From: an uncultured Candidatus Peribacteria bacterium
GTDB lineage: Bacteria; Patescibacteriota; Gracilibacteria; Peribacterales; Peribacteraceae
Assembly (NCBI GenBank): GCA_964448405.1
Contig: CAYUVW010000001.1
Coordinates: 17,795-81,794 of the forward strand
Length of the DNA: 64,000 nt
Direction of reading: 5' to 3'
Shown here: one piece after another, positions 60,410 through 64,000 of the stretch
How positions within the stretch are numbered: the stretch's first letter is position 1
How the letters are laid out: each line of letters begins with the position of its first letter
Program-made: the position numbers and the translations under genes
The notes under the pieces: generated by a model
Databases searched by the model: none
What the model was told of the DNA's origin: nothing
Seen by the model: only the letters and a program-made list of their open reading frames with translations

Positions 60410-61400
60410 TTCGCATCTGTTTGAACTTTGCCCTAGTCACGGCCAATCGTTTTCAAGACCACAATCGCGAATGGGCTGACGTTGCTTTGGCTTCAAAAAT
60501 CGCATCTGTCTGATCTTCTCCCATCCCGCATTGTCGCCGCCGTGGAGGGAGGAATTTGGCGCTGCATGGTACCGAAAACCGTATGCAGATCTGCCTGAAC
60601 TTTCGTCAGGAATCCAGGTCCTGTGATCACCTTCCGCTGCTTGAAAACCGCATTGCGATCGACAGGGGTGAGCGCGCATCTGTTCGAGCTTCTGCCTGTT
60701 TTGGCTGTGGACATCATCGAATGACGGCTTCAGCGCGAAACAAAGTCTTCTGCGTAGCGCATGTATTCGAGCTTGTGACGTGCTGTCAGTATTTTGTTTT
60801 TTAAAAATTATTTATAGTTTTTGTCAATGAAGCATGTGCATATGAACTTTGGCCTGTTCGTCGGCTTTTGTTCAAAAAATCACACTGCATTCTGAGTCGT
60901 AGCGATTGCCTGTGATCTTCTCGCAATCCACCAAGAGCATTCTTGCCTTTTTCGCTGCAGCAAGGGCTCGGCATCTCTTTGAACTTGGGCCTGCACAAGC
61001 CGTAGGAGCGGCGCTTCATCGGGCTTCAGGGACGAGGGTATTGCAGCGTTCTGCTTGGCATTGTTTCAGATGTGTGTGAGCTTCTTTTTCCCGCAGCGAG
61101 ACGGATGCTTTTTTGCTATTGTTTCGCCAGTCGACTGCAGCGCATGCATCGGAACTGAGGGCTTGAGCATTGACTGAAATGTAAAAAATACTTGTCGTAA
61201 CAAAAATGACGGAAACTCTGTGCATCGGAGAGCAGAGGTGTTGCAGAAGTGTTCGAACTTACGACGTCTGCATGGGCTCTTTTCCAGACCATGCAAATTA
61301 TTGACGCATGCAGCACGTGAACGAGAGCCCTTTCTGAAGCCAAAAATAGCAATTGATGTCGCATGCGTGCATGGTTGTACGCATGTGATTGAACTTATGG
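60410..61400 (+). repeat. degenerate ~85-bp direct repeat tract (>=11 units) with the 19-nt core GCATCTGTTYGARCTTNNG
   Basis: Cores read at 60423, 60512, 60597, 60686, 60769, 60844, 60914, 60981, 61078, 61255 and 61391, all in the same orientation. The region is visibly lower in GC and has no credible ORF. Confidence 0.75.
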
Positions 61401-61475
61401 CATACAGATGCGATTCGCTTGTGGTTCGATCACGGATTTTGTACCATTGCGAATACTCGTTTCCTACGTTTACAC

Positions 61476-62540
61476 ATGTCTAAAACTCCCCTCTCCAGGT
61501 TTGCCAGCGCATGGTTGGTAGTTTCACTCCTGGTCGGCTCCGTTCCATTTGCAGCGGCACAGAGCCAGCCGCAATCGTTCACCGATGTGCCGCCGTCACA
61601 CGCTGCGTTCTCTGCGGTGGAGTATCTGAAGAGCAAGGGCATGGTGCAGGGCAATGCCGGTGGAACGTTCGGTCCCAACGACAAACTGACACGCGCTGCA
61701 GCAATTAAAATTCTGGTCTCCGGTTTGCTGAGTGCGGGCGAGACAATCGATGCCGGTGCAACCAGTTCATTCAACGACATGGCCGGCACGCCGTGGGCGA
61801 TTCCGTACGTCGAGTTGGCGCTCAAGAAATACAAACTGATCGATGGTCCGCCGGCAAAGCCGTCGTTCAATCCGGGTGTCGTGGTGAAGAAGGCGGAGTT
61901 CATCAAAATGGCTCTTGCCTCCAAGCAGATCGATGCCAAGTCCGCGTTCAGCGAAATCAATTCGCCGCTTGCTACGGACGTTGCCAAAACCGACGACTGG
62001 TTCTACCCGTTCATGCGCTATTCGCTCACGTCGTCCATGACCAGCGTGAGCACCGACGGCACGCTGAATCCGGCCAAGGAAATCACCCGCGCTGAAATGG
62101 CACTGTTGCTCTACCGCCTGGATATGTACCGCGCAGGACGCCGAACGCAAGCCCTGCTCTCGCAGACCGAAGGTGACATCGTCAACTTGCTGAAAATGCT
62201 GGATGCCAAAGACATCAACCAGGCCAAGTACGCTTCGGCACGTGCGATTCTTACATCGCGCGGAGCGCTTGCCAGCAAGCCGAACGAAGCAGTGGTGAAA
62301 GGTGCCGTGAAGACAGCCGAAGGATTCGGATTGTTGGTGCAGGCCTACGAAGCAGGTACGGCCGGGCAGTACGACACCGTCATTGCCTTGGCAAAAGAGG
62401 CTTATGCCGCCGCCGACAAAGCTCGCGCATTCAGCCCGAATTTGGAATCCATCGCCGCGCAGATGCAGTCCATTGCCAAGAAGATGGCCGACGACGCACG
62501 CACGCTGAAGGCCGGAGGCACGCCTGCACCCGTTCAGTAA
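61476..62540 (+). CDS. S-layer-homology (3x SLH) domain protein with helical C-terminal half
   Basis: Signal peptide. FTDVPPSHAAFSAVEYLKSKGMVQGNAGGTFGPNDKLTRAAAIKILV plus two further SLH-like units. Start at ATG 61476. Confidence 0.8.
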   Translation: MSKTPLSRFASAWLVVSLLVGSVPFAAAQSQPQSFTDVPPSHAAFSAVEYLKSKGMVQGNAGGTFGPNDKLTRAAAIKILVSGLLSAGETIDAGATSSFNDMAGTPWAIPYVELALKKYKLIDGPPAKPSFNPGVVVKKAEFIKMALASKQIDAKSAFSEINSPLATDVAKTDDWFYPFMRYSLTSSMTSVSTDGTLNPAKEITRAEMALLLYRLDMYRAGRRTQALLSQTEGDIVNLLKMLDAKDINQAKYASARAILTSRGALASKPNEAVVKGAVKTAEGFGLLVQAYEAGTAGQYDTVIALAKEAYAAADKARAFSPNLESIAAQMQSIAKKMADDARTLKAGGTPAPVQ

Positions 62541-62544
62541 TCGC

Positions 62545-64000
62545 TTACAAGCTCAGCATCGCCTCTACCGGCGCGTAGTCGTCGGTGAGTGCGGCGACCT
62601 GCGGCATGGTTGCGGTATTGATACGATTGGCAAGCATTGCAGCCAGAGCGGTGTCTTGCGAATGGCTGAGCGCCTCTTCGGAAAGGAGTTTTTTACTGGC
62701 GACCAGCGTGATGTTCGACAGTGATTGCGGATCTGCAAACCCATTGTCCATACCAACGCGAAATGCGAAGACACTCGGAAAGACTGCGCGCAACGTCGCC
62801 AATTCTGCCCTGAGAATTTGGCTGCGCTTTCCTTCCTCGGAGGCAATAATGTTCAACACATACACGCCGTCGTCATCCAGCAGTGCGGCAATGCGCTGCA
62901 CTGCCTCCAATGAGGCTAAATGAAACGGGATGTTGTACTCCGAACGAAAGGCATCGCCGTAGACGACGTGGTACGAACCTTCGCGACTGCCGGGCGCACC
63001 TTCAGGACCGCCGCGATTTAAAAAACGACGGGCATCTTCATGCGTAATGGACAGCCGGGGGTCATCCTGCAAATCGAAGTACTGCCTTGCCAACGCGGTT
63101 ACTGCAGGGTCTATTTCCACGACGTCGATTGCCCCCTTGGGGTGCCGCGATAAGAAGTCTCGGGCCACGGTATAACCGCCGCCGCCCATCAGTAGCGCTC
63201 GTGTTGCATCGGGTCGGAAGACGTCGGATAACTGGTAATACCGCGTGTAGGCAAAGACATGGTTGTCGGGTTGAGCTGGAGTGTATGCGGAATGGTTTCC
63301 GTGATCGATCTGCAGGAAGAGCGTTTCCAAATGACTGATCGCATTTTCGGCGGGAATGCGGCGTACGCGAAGAGTGCTGTATGGCGAATCTATTTCCGCC
63401 ACGATGCCATGGCGAGCCATCCTGCGGTCACGCAGAAAGTGTTCAGCTTTGCTGAAGACAAGCAGGAGGAAAAAAAATGCCGCACATGCAACGACCGACC
63501 GCATCGTTGGGCGTGCCAATGCAACGAAACCCAGAACTGCGGCACAGCCGAACAGAATGCCGTTTGTACCGAGTGCCGGAATCAAAATGAGACCGGCGGC
63601 AAACGTGCCGAGAATCGACCCCGCAGTAGAGATTGCCGACAGGTTGCCTGCAACGCGACCAACATGTTCCACATCGTTCGAAACCAGGCGTACCGCATAC
63701 GGAGTCACGCTTCCCAAGACAATGCTCGGTACGAGCAGGAGGCTGACTGTCGCCACGATGGACAGTGTGATTCGCGATGGAACGACGGATGCATAGGCGC
63801 CGATCATCGGCTCATGCAGTACGGCCAACAGCCCGATCCACAGTGCTGCCGCAAAGACCAAGAGTCGCAATTGCGACAACGAGCGCCACTTGTCGCCAAG
63901 CATGCCACCAAGGACATAGCCGGCACTCAGTCCGGTCATAATGACGCCGATGACACTGGTCCATACCGCAATGGACGTACCGATGTACGGCGCGAAAAAT
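62545..64000 (-). CDS. fused polytopic membrane domain + spermidine synthase-like methyltransferase-fold protein; N-terminus beyond the window end
   Basis: LMGGGGYTVARDFL, IDVVEIDPAVTALARQYF and VVYGDAF. The N-terminal half is hydrophobic helices. The reading frame stays open to 64000. Confidence 0.75.
   Translation of the reverse strand, partial: FFAPYIGTSIAVWTSVIGVIMTGLSAGYVLGGMLGDKWRSLSQLRLLVFAAALWIGLLAVLHEPMIGAYASVVPSRITLSIVATVSLLLVPSIVLGSVTPYAVRLVSNDVEHVGRVAGNLSAISTAGSILGTFAAGLILIPALGTNGILFGCAAVLGFVALARPTMRSVVACAAFFFLLLVFSKAEHFLRDRRMARHGIVAEIDSPYSTLRVRRIPAENAISHLETLFLQIDHGNHSAYTPAQPDNHVFAYTRYYQLSDVFRPDATRALLMGGGGYTVARDFLSRHPKGAIDVVEIDPAVTALARQYFDLQDDPRLSITHEDARRFLNRGGPEGAPGSREGSYHVVYGDAFRSEYNIPFHLASLEAVQRIAALLDDDGVYVLNIIASEEGKRSQILRAELATLRAVFPSVFAFRVGMDNGFADPQSLSNITLVASKKLLSEEALSHSQDTALAAMLANRINTATMPQVAALTDDYAPVEAMLSL

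Noticed and set aside
60410-61400. Possible degenerate CRISPR array: direct repeats with a ~85-bp period in a low-GC tract.
   Set aside because: The repeats are only ~19 nt and differ at many positions in every copy. The spacing is irregular (67-177 bp). There are no cas genes or leader in the window. Part of the 'spacer' sequence is itself repeated.
60252-61483. Small plus-strand ORFs (60252..60479, 60556..60804, 61220..61483) as a tandem family of precursor-peptide (RiPP-like) genes sharing the HLFEL motif.
   Set aside because: The motif falls in a different frame in successive copies within the same ORF. Most units lack a start codon. No modification enzymes are adjacent. This is more consistent with a decayed repeat than with functional peptide genes.
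1-64000. Alternative genetic code (for example UGA recoding, as in some candidate phyla).
   Set aside because: Recognisable genes end cleanly at TGA (pabA, pgl), TAA (zwf, ssb, uvrB) and TAG (PMM, serS) with full-length family architecture. No conserved gene is interrupted by in-frame stops.

Overview
GC-rich (by eye, high-50s % GC), very gene-dense bacterial chromosomal segment. It uses the standard code: TAA, TAG and TGA all terminate recognisable genes. I saw no rRNA, tRNA, CRISPR array or intact mobile element. I count about 56 credible protein genes. Most other long ORFs in the six-frame track are antisense shadows typical of high-GC DNA.

Gene content by group:
- Sugar and alpha-glucan metabolism: glgP (partial), PMM/PGM, galU, zwf, pgl, and a second very divergent GT35 paralog.
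- Housekeeping: recJ, uvrB, serS, metK (behind a clear SAM-I riboswitch), ssb, a dGTPase-like HD protein, pabA plus a pabB-pabC fusion, nnrD, pgeF and a YbaK-type deacylase.
- Cell wall and division: an amidase_2-SpoIID fusion, two M23 peptidases, an S11 carboxypeptidase, an FtsQ-like protein, a beta-lactamase-like hydrolase and two GT4 transferases.
- Envelope island (44.8-62.5 kb): five very large secreted fibre or propeller proteins and an SLH protein.

Things the ordinary annotation does not explain:
1. An exosortase-like protease translationally abutted to a 62-aa ORF that is only a signal peptide, a Pro-rich decapeptide and a sorting signal. It sits next to a PhyH-type dioxygenase.
2. 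A seven-gene orphan cluster with two paralogous NAT/transglutaminase-fold (Cys-His) proteins.
3. A 1-kb low-GC tract of about 11 degenerate ~85-bp direct repeats beside a transposase-derived HTH gene that heads a fibre operon.
4. A ~280-nt highly structured, terminator-capped non-coding transcript candidate of unknown class.
5. Two families of short-period intergenic repeat arrays: 9-mers of GGAKTCCAA and 7-mers of CAGTAGK. They bracket single genes as inverted pairs.
6. Promoter -10 hexamers 5-11 nt from start codons at a dozen genes, implying largely leaderless mRNAs.

All functional calls come from motif recognition by eye. No database search was run.
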